In this document: one piece after another, positions 52,847 to 64,000 of the stretch
How positions within the stretch are numbered: position 1 is the stretch's first letter
How the letters are laid out: each line of letters starts with the position of its first letter
NCBI RefSeq assembly: GCF_001447785.1
Contig: NW_015173673.1
Location: 1,523,900 to 1,587,899, forward strand
DNA from: Gekko japonicus
Taxonomy: Eukaryota
DNA: 64,000 bases
Direction: 5' to 3'
The notes under the pieces: model-generated
Database searches by the model: none
The model's input: only the letters and a program-made list of their open reading frames with translations
What the model was told of the DNA's origin: nothing
Position numbers and translations under genes: made by a program

Positions 52847-53979
52847 CAGCAGTTAAACAGTTTAAATTAAAAAATTCATAGATGGAGTTGTCGGATTCTA
52901 GACTACATTACTGCTTCTGAAAAGGAGTAAGGGAAATATAGCTGGAAAGGGGAGGGAAAGGGAGGGAAAGGAAGTGCCAGCCAAGATGGTACCTGTTGCT
53001 GTCCTCAACCAAAGGCCTGGCGGAATATCTCTGCCTTACAAGCCCTGCTGAATTGCATCAGGTCCCGCAGGGCATGGATGTTATTTGGCAGAGAGTTCCA
53101 CTAGGCAGGGGCCAGGGCTGAAAAGGCCTCGGGCTTGGTCAAGGACAGCCAGATGTCTTTTGGGCTGAGGATCACCAGTAACTTGTTCTCAGCGGAGCAT
53201 AATGCTCTTCGGGGGACACACTGGAGGAGGCAGTCTTGCAGGTATGAAGGTTCTATAAGTTCTTGAATTCTCAGAGTTCATATACACAAGGAAATCATAG
53301 GGACCATAGGGAAGATAAACATAATTTTACATATGGATTAAATCATGTCCCAGTGAATTCTGCATCTGAATATTCCAAGTCTGCCTAACACTACGACTTT
53401 AAATTTCATTTAAAAGTAGGGAGAGACCTCGTTGTACATCTGGACTCCACTCTGGCTTATATGGGTAGCTGTGTCTGGGCTCAGCAGGTAAGTGAAGTAG
53501 GGGAGGAGGATCAGATTCCCACCCCACGAATCTTGCAGGTCCTCCCTTGTCATATAGCTAATTCTCATGATGGTCCCAACAAGCAGATAAAAAAATCTGA
53601 ACAAAGTGGGTCACCCAGGGGAAAATGTTTTAGAAATCTGGGTACCCCCAGGTGCAGAAAAATCTTTAAAATAAATTGAGGTGGCAAAAAACAAAACAAA
53701 ACATAAAGCAGACATTGCAAAATGGCAGATATATAAATTGCCATTTAGGGGCGGGTAAACAACCTCATACAGTGTTGACCGCTGCCTTGGATACAGTGCT
53801 CTGTGAGAATGTCTACAACAGACTTAGGTTCCTCTCCCAAGTTTCAGCTGGATACCGTTTCCCATGATGCTAGGAGAAGGCCTTTGGCTCACCAGCAAAT
53901 TCCACAGAACACTCCTCCTGGCAGTATTGTATGGGGCTGTCCAGGACACCTTAAAGGGAAGAAAGGGAAGGGTATAGAG

Positions 53980-55435
53980 CAGGGATGTCAAACATAAGGC
54001 CCGGGGGCCAGATCCAGCCTGTCCAGGGCTCTTACCCAGCCCGTGAGCAACTGGTGTGAGGAAGGGAAGGCAGGAGGCTGCTTGGGGGTGCGAGCACGTG
54101 TTAAGGTGTGTGTGTGGTTGAAGTTGTCAAGAAATAGAAAGGAAATTGTGAGGGGGCAGGACTATGAAGCTGAGGTAAAATAGTGTGGTGGGAATGGAAG
54201 CAAAGGCAGAGAAAGAGGAGGTGTGTTTTTTCCCCTCCCGTCTCCTCCAATCACGGCTCAGTGAGGACTGGAGAAGCCAGTACATGGGGAGACGGAGTTA
54301 AGCAGCTGGCGCTGCCACTGCTGCACCAACCAGCTTTGCATTTTTTTCAAATTCTGACCATGAGGGGGATTGGCAAGAGTGGGCACATGGAGCGGCAGTT
54401 AGCCGAGGAAGGGATGGGCCATGGGGAAGAGAGGAGGAGGAGGAGGAGGGCCACTGTGGACTGGGTGGCAACTGGGCTGTGGTGTGCATGCCATTCAGAG
54501 GGGAAAAGACCTCCCAGCCTCAGAAGCAAGTAGAGGAGCAAAGGGAAATCAGGGTGCTGATGTTGTTGCTGCACATCTGAACAGTTGAAGAGCCGGGAGG
54601 CAGAGTGAGTGTTGGGGCGTGTGGGGAACGACAACCTCCCTTCTCCCTCCCACTTGTTCTCAGCCCGTGATGGAAAAGGGGTAATCAGAGGACAAAAAGT
54701 GCCTTCTGGAGGTTTCAGAAACAGCCTCTCCATCAGACCTTCCCTGAACCCCACCGCTTCTGTGTGAAATGCAGGAAGGATGAGAACTGGGGGTGGGGGT
54801 ATCTGGAAGAGCCCGGTTTAGACGACACCCCCCCCCCCGAGCCAGGACCCTGTTGTCTGGGTCACACGGGGCTGGTTGCTTGGCCCGGCCCACCTCACAA
54901 GGTTGTTGTTGGAGGTGGTGGGGATGAGGTGGTGGAGGGGTGAGTCCAGTGTGCCTCCTCAAGATCCTCAGTGAATGGGAGAAGAGAGGAAACAAACAGT
55001 GAGAGACAGATTGTAGTTGTGCTCGGCTGCTGAGGCTGGGTGTATGGGGAGGTGCTGAAAAACTACCTTATTTACCTGCAAGGACATGACTTATCTCTTA
55101 AAAGTGCTATATATACAAAAAGTAGCTTTGTATGGAAGTATAATATTACCCCCCTTATGGTATCCCTTGGGAGAAAACTCATATCACAGATGATTAAATA
55201 CATTCATTGGGGCTTTTGTGGGTTCCCCAGTAAATCAATTGCTTTCATTGCTAGGAATCAATTGCTTTTGTTTGTATTTTGTGTAAAAATAATATTAATT
55301 GGGTTTGCCTGTATCTTTTATAAAGCTTATATCTCCTGTACCTGGCATTAGATTTTATGGCATACATGGCCCAGCCCAAGAAAGTAACACTTGTGTCAAA
55401 TCTGGCCCTCATGACAAATGAGTTTGACACCCTTG
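53980..55435. mobile_element. hAT (Charlie-like) non-autonomous element, 1.46 kb
   Basis: TIR cagggatgtcaaac / gtttgacacccttg; TSD gtatagag / gtacagag. Confidence 0.85.
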
Positions 55436-55630
55436 GTACAGAGGTTGGGGGGCTGGGGGGGAATAACAGCAAGGGTGGCAACAACACAGAAAAGACAGGT
55501 AGAAGGAAGGAGAAAATGTGAGTGAGAGAGAGGGAAGTCAAGAAACTGGGAGACTCCGACCTTGTCTGTTAATGGCTATATTTAGGGGTGGCTGCCTTTC
55601 ACTGCCCTACTGTGCACCACTGAATTTGCT

Positions 55631-56032
55631 ATTAGAAAAACACAAGAAAGAAGACCCGCGGAACTCGCGCGGGGGGGGGGGGGTTTAAAACGAAAGAAAG
55701 GAGACCGGGGGAAGTGGGGGGGGGGGGGGGCTTTAAACTGAGCCGGTGGAGGAGGAACCAGCAGGAGCAGGTAAGGTCTCCCCCCATCCCGCCGGTTCCT
55801 CCGTCTCCTCCATCCCCCGGCTCGATCTCCCTCCCCCCTCCTCCCCCCGCTGTCACTTTTGGGGGGATTTAAGTATCCCCCCCGATATTTTTTTTAACTT
55901 TTAAGATTTTTGTGCACACCTGGGGACTGCCCCAAGGGTGCACGAAAATCTCCCTCCCCCCTCAGGTGCCCCCGATGCGCAGATTTAGGTATCCACACGC
56001 ACGGGGGCGACTTGGCTATTAGATATATAGAT
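55631..56032 (+). mobile_element. Helentron/Helitron-like non-autonomous element, copy 1
   Basis: 5' hairpin cccgcg..cgcggg, 3' end ttggctattagatatatagat, no TSD seen; homologous to 56288-56860. Confidence 0.5.
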
Positions 56033-56079
56033 GCTGACAATGTTACCTCAATGTTACCTATTAGATATATAGATGCTGA

Positions 56080-56281
56080 CAATGTTACCTCATGAGTCAG
56101 TGTGAGCTAGCTCAGAATTTTTTAGCCTCTGGTTCACACATTTTTGTCTTAGCTCAGGAAGGATGGCTTCAGAGCAAACTAATTTATGCAGTAGCCAAAT
56201 TGCTTGCTCACAACTTCAATGCCAGTAGTTCACAAAGTGGAATTTTTGCTTACTAGACTCCACAGCTTAGAGGGAGCATTG
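56080..56281. mobile_element. hAT MITE (CAGTGTTCCCTC family), copy 2
   Basis: Body matches 3688-3893 (inverted) and 59878-60071; the left TIR is damaged and locally duplicated. Confidence 0.8.
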
Positions 56282-56287
56282 CTGACG

Positions 56288-56860
56288 ATTAAGAGAATAC
56301 AAGAAGCGGGACCCATGATACTCGTGGGGGGGGAGAATATTCCCCGCAGCTCCCAAGCTGCCAAGGCTTCTCCCCGCTGCAGCCCACAACAGCAACACTG
56401 GGGAGCCCTGTGTGGCTCCGAGCCGCCAGGCCCGCCAGGCTCTTCCCCCACTGCTGCCACCACCCACAACAGTAACACTGTTGAGCCCTGCATGGCTCTG
56501 AGCCGCCAGGCCTGCCAGGCTTTCCCCCAACCGCCACCAACAGCAGCAGCAACGGCCGCGGCTTCTAGCCACTGGCCCGCCAAGGCTCCCTCCTGCCACT
56601 GCTGCTGCCAGCACCAATGGTGGCGAGCCCTGCATGGCTCTGCCACAGATCCCAGAGGTAAGTGCATTCTCTGCGCATGTGCAGGGAATGCTTTTTTACT
56701 TTTGGGGGGATTTAAGTATCCCCCGTATAGTTTTTTAAAGTTTTCAGATTTTTCTACACACCTAAGGACTGCTTCACGTGTGCAGGAAAAGCTCTCTGCC
56801 CCCCAAGTGCCCCCGATGTGCGGATTTAGATATCCACACATGGGGGGCGCCTTGGCTATT
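56288..56860 (+). mobile_element. Helentron/Helitron-like non-autonomous element, copy 2
   Basis: Shares the 5' 50 nt and the 3' 165 nt (acttttggggggatttaagtatccccc...ttggctatt) with copy 1; the GC-rich middle differs. Confidence 0.5.
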
Positions 56861-57303
56861 CCCTCAGCCCCTGTTTTACACTGCAGCCATAATACATTCC
56901 TCACTCCCATTCAAACCAACGCAGTTCTGTAAGCACCTGCCTGTTATAGCAGTTGTAGTGTAGCTGTAATATATATGGTTGTTGATCTTACACTAGGGAG
57001 ACCTAGGCTGTTTCCATAGGGATGTTTTGTTCAGCTCTGGCTTCCTTACTGATGCGCTGTTTTTGGCAGCACCCTCATGACATCATCCTCTACTCATCCT
57101 GTTTCTGTGTTTCCTGTGCTTTGCGGAGATGTGGTGTGATACGATCTCTTTGAAAAATCAGAGTCAAAGCACCTTGGATGTCTTGACCACACTGGTGCCA
57201 TTTCCTTTACCTCAATCCCTTCAGTGGCCATTCCCCCCTCCCCTGGCTATAGCAATCAATCACTTCATCCATTTTATTATTACAATCCTTGATCAGCCAA
57301 CAG

Positions 57304-57703
57304 AAGGATTGCCAGTTGCCTGGTGGGGGTGGGCAATCCCCCATTTTTGCAGGCTTCTGCCCGCCACTGGTTAGCTGGCTGGTGGGAGGGAATTCCGCCC
57401 CCCCCCAAACAGCAACATCAGACGTGATGTGCCTGCGTCACCTGGAAGTGATGTTGGCACATTGTCGACATCGTGGGGTGACACTCTGGCTTTTGGGCAA
57501 GACTCTATGGTTTGATGCTGATTTCACTATAGAGATTTGCCCCAAAACCAGAGCGTCGCCCCCAACATGTCAACATCACTTTTGGGTGACACAAGCACAT
57601 TGTGTGTGACGTCACAGTTTGGGGGGGAATGGGGGGCAATGTCACTTCCCGCTCCCGGAACGTCCCCCCCATCCCCCTGCCAGCAGGTGATTTGTCAACC
57701 CTA
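57304..57703. mobile_element. hAT (Blackjack-like) non-autonomous element
   Basis: Decayed TIR aaggattgcca / tgtcaacccta; internal inverted motifs (ctctggcttttgggcaa / ttgccccaaaaccagag). Confidence 0.6.
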
Positions 57704-58357
57704 GCCAATAAAAATGTAGTTTATAACACATAAAAGAAAATATATACATGTATATTCTAATTAATATAACTTCCATGATACATACATAGTTATTAAAAAG
57801 ATTTAACAGAATGCTTTCTTATTAAATAGGCCAAAGCACAGAATTTAGCTATCGTAGGAGTAGTTTCATTGGAATGTCCTAACAGGAGAAGGGACATAAA
57901 ATATTTGTCAGATCTGCCTGGAAAATTGGATAACATTGGGGTGATGTATAATGTAAAATGTCCTTTTAAAATAAGCAGTACAATAGGACATGTTTCAACT
58001 GTGTTCGACTGACAAGGATAAATATGCTGAGTATAGGGGATGCACAGGTATCTTCCTACCAGAAGAGCTGAAGGTAGAACATTAAAGTGGGCAAAGGTGA
58101 AGGCTCTGTGATATTTGGGGAACCCTAAGGCATATTTAACCAGGACAAAGTTGTTCCCATGGTTCCCTACTGCCAGACAGGTATGAGCCTGTGCTCTTTT
58201 GGCTTATAGGGATGTATCCCAAATTCATTGCTTATTATTATTTGCTTCCACAAACCCAAGATGTTGTAGAGCTACGAGCTATGAGCAGGAACAGCTATGG
58301 CATTATGATGGTCTATTGCAACAAGTTGCTAGTTTCCAGTTTGTAAACTCGGGGCTG

Positions 58358-58482
58358 ATTCATTGTTGCAATAGATTTTTTGCAATAGATTTTTCATTGT
58401 TACAATAGATTTTTCATTGCAATAGATAATTCATTGTTGCAATAGATTTTTATTGGAAGATTTTGTTGCAATAGATTTTTAT
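58358..58482. repeat. degenerate minisatellite (cattgttgcaatagattttt-like units)
   Basis: Six copies of the core caatagat at irregular spacing. Confidence 0.85.
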
Positions 58483-59877
58483 AGCAAAGTAATTTTTAAA
58501 GCCTGAAAAAAGCCCTCCAAATGGGAGTGAAGGGTAGGGAATGGCAGTTACAGAGGACTGAGGCAAGGAAATTGTGGGGGAAATGCCCATGCAGATACTC
58601 CTTTGCCATAGCAAATGCTGCAAAAACACAAAACAAAATGTTGCAAACGCAAGTAGAGCTACATGGAGAATTGTCTTTATGGGGAAACAGCCCTGGATTC
58701 AAAACCTTGCTTAGCCATCAAACTCAGTGTATGAGTTTGGGTCAGCTGCTTTCTGCTCAGTTTACCGCTGAGGTCTGTTGAAAGTATTGGGGGGGAGGGG
58801 GGGGGGGGAAACAGAGACCATGTAAGCCACCCTGGGAAGAAGCGTGGGATAAGAATGCAATATTACATTCATGCTGGCCTCGTGCTAGGCAATGGTTAGC
58901 CCTGCTTGCATGTGCCACCCACTTGACTGGCTATCCATGAACGTGCTGCAAACTTAGCCATATGCTGGGCAGACGCCACCAATTCGATTGGCGCAACTGC
59001 TCACATGACTGCATGTCTGGATGTGTGCAGGCTTTGCAACTCAATCTGTATGTTTGCCCATGCTACACCGCTCCCACTCTCTGAAATATTATACCATACA
59101 AGCCCTTTCCTAATATGCCACCACATTAGAATGAAAGCAGTAGAAGATATATATACAGACTGTCTCTGTGCTCTGAAATAACTATAGAATACTGTGTACA
59201 ATACGCTTTCAGAACTCTCATTTCCAGTATATGGGGCTATTCCTTTCTTCCTTACTTTCTTTCATCATTGTAATCTCTCTCTCTCTCTCTCCTTCCCTCT
59301 CGCCTCTCCGTGAGCAGCTGCTCTTCAGATATTCCTCTCTCTGATCTTCTCAACTGTCACTTTTCAACTGTCGCAGACGATTCCAACCCCCACGTTCCAT
59401 CTGCCTGCTGAAAGGGTAGCTCTTCTCCACAAGCAGGGGCTCTTCTGCCATTCTTCTGCTTGACAAAAATCCAGGTCATTTGAAAGAGAGACACTGTGGA
59501 GCCTTTGGTGGGCTCCAAATTTAGATGCCAGTTTGGATCTGAACGAGTTAGCCTTTAAGGGCATTGTGAGCCAAAGATATGAAGCATGTGAGGAAAGCAA
59601 CATGCATTTGATTATGAATTGAAAGTATGAAACTCTTGAACAGCTTCCTTATGGCTAAAGCACAGACAGGCAAACACATACCAGGAGGAAGCTTGGCACA
59701 GGAATGTTCTGTTTTGGGAACAGCCAGAGCTCTGACTGCTCCAGCCTCCCCCATCTCCCTTTCACAAACCCTCAGAATCATGGAGTACAGTTGTAGAATT
59801 TGAGGAGCCAGAAACTTATTGAAAATTCCGGAGCTTCCAGCAGACTTTACATAGTGCGAATTGTGTGCACGCTGCAC

Positions 59878-60071
59878 CAGTGTTCCCTCTAAGCTGAGTT
59901 AGTGTGAGCCAGCTCACAGTTTTCTAGCCTCCAGCTCACACATTTTTGTCTCAGCTCAGGAAGAAGGGCTCCAAAGCCAACTGATTGGTGCAGTTGCTCA
60001 CAACTTTAAGGCCAGTAGCTTACAAAGTAGAATTTTTGCTCACAAGACTCCATGGCTTAGAGGGAGCATTG
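59878..60071. mobile_element. hAT MITE (CAGTGTTCCCTC family), copy 3
   Basis: TIR cagtgttccctctaagc / gcttagagggagcattg; TSD cgctgcac / ctctgcac. Confidence 0.88.
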
Positions 60072-60430
60072 CTCTGCACCATATGATTTGCCACTGGTTT
60101 TCCCATAGTGCTCTACCTTCTATTGGCCAGTCCATAGCCCTGAAGGGAGGTCCCAGGTTAAATTCTCAGCACCTCAAATTAAATGAATCTTATGTAGCAG
60201 GAGCAGGAAAGATCTCTTCTTTATCAGAGTCCTCAGAAGGCTGCTGCCAGCTCGAATAGATGGTATCATGCTGCTAGGACCAATGATTTAACTCTTTATA
60301 TGTACCTGTGTTTAAAGTATATGTAGCACTCTACCTTTTGATTGCAAGAACTGCCCTCCTCTCGCTTTCAGTACTTCAGATGCACTTTTAATTTTTTTTC
60401 TTTTTTTTATGTGCATGTATGTGTGTGTGC

Positions 60431-60652
60431 CAACCTAGCAGTTCAAAAGCAAGAAATTGCAAGTAGATAAATAGGTACCACTTCGGTGGGAAGGTAACAG
60501 CATTCCGTGCGCCTTGGTGTTTAGTCATGCCGGCCACATGACCACGGAAACGTCTTTGGACAGCGCTGGCTCTTCGGCTTTGAAACGGAGATGAGCACCG
60601 CAACCCTAGAGTCGGATTCGACTGGCTTTCGAGCAAGGGAACCTTTACCTTT
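60431..60652 (+). mobile_element. Sauria SINE (5'-truncated)
   Basis: caacctagcagttcaaaagca..gcaagtagataaataggtacc..gggaaggtaac..gtcatgccggccacatgacc..gagtcggattcgact with an (ACCTTT)n tail; squamate-diagnostic. Confidence 0.88.
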
Positions 60653-60679
60653 TGATGTGTGTGTGTGCATGTGTGTGTG

Positions 60680-60929
60680 TGTACCCAGAAGTCATGGCAT
60701 CCTCTGGTGATTGACTGTGTGTGCACCTGGAAGTCATGGTGGCCTCTGGAGACTGACCCCTACTGGGGGCCTGGAGGATATTCAGAGAGGTGGCTGAACA
60801 AAGCCTGCCCCCGCCTCCCACCTCTGGTATTCTAAGGAGGTCTCCCATACAAGTACTTGCAAGAGTCGACCCTGCTTGGCTTCTGAGATCTGACGAGATT
60901 GGGCTTGCTTGGGCTACCCAGGTTAGGGC
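60680..60929 (-). mobile_element. 5S rRNA-derived SINE
   Basis: ggaggtctcccatacaagtact..gaccctgcttggcttctgagatctgacgagattgggct is the reverse complement of the 5S head. Confidence 0.8.
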
Positions 60930-61889
60930 AGATGCACTTTTAAAGAAGAGTTGACAGCATGTCCTCCTGTGCACCTCATGAAATTTGCATATGCACACAC
61001 AAGAAGTTTGTGAGATGCACTTTTTTCAATGCTGACATGACATGGCACATGAAAATCATTCACCACCACACCACCAATATTTTTTAACATTGCACAGGCA
61101 TTTTAAAATGGGATTTTAGTTTCTACTGTGTGTGCCAACAGTATTTTCAATCATAGTTGCACTAGATATGAGCACAGCCCTGCTTTCTAACTTCTGCAAA
61201 AATATTTGCTTTTTGAAGACCTTCTATTTGTTGACGTTACTACAGTGGTCCTTCATCCACAATGAATAGAAATGTGTAAGTTCACTGAAATGTGTGCCTT
61301 ATCTTTCTTTATTATGCTTACATCCTTTCCACTCAAACATACATGCAAAACTATGCAGTGTTCAGACAACCATCTCAGAACACAGAGTCTGTATTCTCTG
61401 ACTCATCATTCTAATCAGTGTCCATCCGCAGTATTTTGTCACCAAGCAAATAATCTTTCCCATGATATATGGGCATCACAGTGCCACCTAAGCATTAGGA
61501 CAGGCTCCAATTCACAAAACAATATGGACTCTGAGTGTAGGATATGACTTGCCTTTGGATTCTGAAGAACTAATTATTATACTTTTTTCAGCCACACACT
61601 TATCAGCCTCATCAAAACACCCCATAAGCCAGAGATGCATTTGACTTTGGATTCTCTCACACCCTTGACACAGATCCCTATGCATTCAACCTTGCAAGTG
61701 AAGCCAAAAAACATTTTAATAGTCAGATGCTCACTGTCATAATAAGATTACGGCTCAGATCCTAAGCCTTGTTCCTGCTTCGACTGTGCTCTTTTCCTGT
61801 CCCCAGGACAGCCCCTCTGTCACTAGGCATTTTTACTCATGGAAGCCAGTGTCTTTCAGTGAGCCGAAAGCATCTAGGCACATAGGACA

Positions 61890-62117
61890 TAGCAGAAGTC
61901 CATCAGTGGCTATTAGCCACAAGGTATAGATAGGGACTCTCAGTCTGGGGCAAGTGATGCTCTGTATTCTTGGTGCTTGGGGGAGGCAACAGTGGGAGGG
62001 CTTCTAATGTCCTGGCCCCACTGGTGGACCTCCTGATGGCACCTGGTATTTTTGGACTAGATGAGCCATTGGCCTGATCCAACATTGGCTTCTCTTATGT
62101 TCTTATATTCTTATGTT
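61890..62117 (+). mobile_element. 5'-truncated CR1 LINE 3' end
   Basis: Reverse complement of 20895-21135; (ttcttatg)n tail; possible TSD catagga. Confidence 0.85.
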
Positions 62118-62890
62118 CATAGGAACACACTCCACTGCAAAGGACTGGCTCTGGAAGGAATAAAGCATGATGCAAAAGAAAGCCAGGCTTACAATCTCAG
62201 TCTATATATCAGACATTCCTTTAAAATAATTATATTACATGGGGTCCCAGAGCTCTCCTATCCAGATTATGGATTACGTTCACCTCTGTTGCTTCAACAA
62301 GGCTATAGCATGATGTCCTCAGACCATCTCATACCTTAGAAACCCTTAAGACAAAAATCACCAGCTGACAAAAATTCCCCCGTCCTGTGGCTTGGAAGCC
62401 AATTTTTACTCACCACAAGCACACACACATGCACTCAAAACACATCCCCATTCCCATCCACACATCCACCCTTACATATATGGGAACATGTGCAGAAACA
62501 TCTCACACACTCATGCAATGATTAGGTTTACACACAAATTCACTATCTATAGAACCATCACTAGTACTAAGACTGAAGACTGTTACTCATATCCAGACCT
62601 AGGCCCTCAACTATATCAGGGGCCCAATATGCTGATGATCACCATGTGCGCGTCCTCACCCTGCTCATTTACGCTGATGAAGCCCCCCTCCCTGCTTAGC
62701 AGAAATGCACATGCATATATGTTTCGACAGCATGGGGGCTCTGCAGGAGTTAATACCAGTGAAAGGAAAGAGGAAATTAAAAGCGAAAAGTTGAAAGCCC
62801 AGCACATGACTCTTCCTCTATCACATCTGTGAATCCTGGAGCGTGAGAGTAATTGTCTGAAATGAGTCAGACCAAAGGCACAAGGAAACA

Positions 62891-62904
62891 GTTGCCATAG
62901 CAAC
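62891..62904. promoter_or_regulatory. RFX X-box motif
   Basis: GTTGCCATAGCAAC fits the palindromic X-box consensus; AP-1 motif TGAGTCA at 62863-62869. Confidence 0.45.
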
Positions 62905-63378
62905 CCCCCTCACTGCTCTAATTCCGCTCAGAATTAAAACGATATCAAATAAATTTGGGAGCAAAGGGAACATGGCAGACTCTGTGGGCGCCCAATCTCA
63001 AAATGTCCTGCAGTGTGCGAGCCTTTTCTGGACCAGAGTCAAGGGCTTCTTTCCTTTCAAGCTCAATGGCAACAGCAGTCAGGAGACAAACCAGCAAGGA
63101 CAGCAGTGGATAGTTCACCCCAGGCGAGACAGTATCTGCTGCGAGAGAGATGAAACCAGCTCCTAGGCTGGAGCCCCAGATTTGAAATAGGCTTCAAGCC
63201 AGGGGACTGAAGACATGTGGATTTCCCCTGGAAATGCCCCACAAGTATCAGTAAGGGAAATCCCACAACTCACTTCCAGCAAAAACTGCCACCCTGCTCT
63301 ATCCCAGAGTCCCTTCCTAGGTACTCAACAAAAGCACTGGGGAAAGGCATAGCAGTTAAACCGCAAATCAGGCTAAAT

Positions 63379-63816
63379 AAAACAGAAGTCCAATGGCACT
63401 TTAGAAATTAACAGAATTTATCTCAGCACATGCAGGAATGTGACTTCATCAGATGCATGAAGTATATTAGGCAGGCATGTTCATACTCAAAGATGCAGAC
63501 AAAAGGGAAGGGGGGGGGGAGGTGAAAACAAGATCCAGCCAAGGGAGTCATCAATTCACTCAGAGTAATTCACAGAGATTACTCTTCTGATTGGAACTTG
63601 CTTTAAAGCATCCTCTTTTTCTAACACCCCCCTTTCTGTTGTTGTCAATACAAATGCATCAGCCTAATGGATGTACACGTCATGTATCTGATGAAGTCAG
63701 CATCTCTGACTCAGAGAAGCTCATGGTGAAATAAATTCTGTTAATCTCTAAGGTGCCATTGGATTTATGTTTCGTTCTGCTGCTACAAACTAACATGGGT
63801 ACCCATCTGGAATTAT
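63379..63816 (+). mobile_element. older fold-back Penelope-type insertion
   Basis: IR 63380-63460 / 63680-63775 (tccaatggcactttagaaattaacagaattta / taaattctgttaatctctaaggtgccattgga); CTGATGA core at 63688; tail ctaacatgggtacccatctggaa; possible TSD ctaaat. Confidence 0.75.
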
Positions 63817-64000
63817 CTAAATCAAGCTTTTGCTTGTTTTTGCAAAACAAGACTCTCTGGTTTGTTTTGCGACAGATGAGAGGATTTAAAGAATTCTCAC
63901 ACTGGAAGGAGCGCAGCAACCAACAACCTCTCCTCCTTCTCAACAACAGAAAATTAAACAGAGAGTACAGGAACTGTACAAGCCAAAAGGCCAGCTGTTG

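Larger units (their letters stand above)
51897..53250 (-). mobile_element. L2-type LINE 3' fragment split by a nested Penelope-type insertion
   Basis: (TTTA)n tail at about 51897; cctcaaccaaaggcctggcggaa...gagttccactaggcaggggccagggctgaaaaggcc resumes after 52860. Confidence 0.75.

Noticed and set aside
56204-56932. 242-aa and 226-aa antiparallel ORFs
   Set aside because: They span a MITE/Helentron-like junction and GC-rich repeats, with no recognisable protein motifs.
58358-58482. CRISPR-like repeat array
   Set aside because: Eukaryotic context, no unique spacers, irregular units, no cas genes.
63030-63082. - strand TAVAIELERKEA resembling CACNA2D4 TAVAVTVDKRTA
   Set aside because: No suitable splice sites, and the similarity does not extend; treated as chance.

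Overview
Vertebrate genomic DNA, not prokaryotic. The repeat content (Sauria SINE, Squam3-like and 5S-derived SINEs, BovB, CR1, L2, DIRS, Penelope remnants, hAT MITEs) points to a squamate reptile, probably a gecko (inference). One host protein-coding gene is supported: LRTM2 on the + strand. It has three coding exons (35818-35884, 42958-43548, 46873-47327; 67+591+455 = 1113 nt, 370 aa) with canonical GT-AG junctions. There are also candidate non-coding first exons near 8.6-9.0 kb and 32.9 kb, and probably a long 3'UTR. In mammals LRTM2 sits inside an intron of CACNA2D4 on the opposite strand; I found no CACNA2D4 exon here by eye. The most notable items are five. (1) A complete 1.79-kb TSD-flanked, A-tailed L1-type retroelement with an uninterrupted ORF1 and no ORF2 (half-L1-like) inside an LRTM2 intron. 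(2) Several Penelope-type insertions sharing a fold-back architecture and carrying decayed minimal hammerhead-ribozyme motifs. (3) A 458-bp near-perfect palindrome. (4) A gag-only, internally deleted DIRS element with both termini preserved. (5) A tandem pair of Helentron-like elements. Most short ORFs in the supplied track are spurious. Repeat boundaries without TSDs are approximate.
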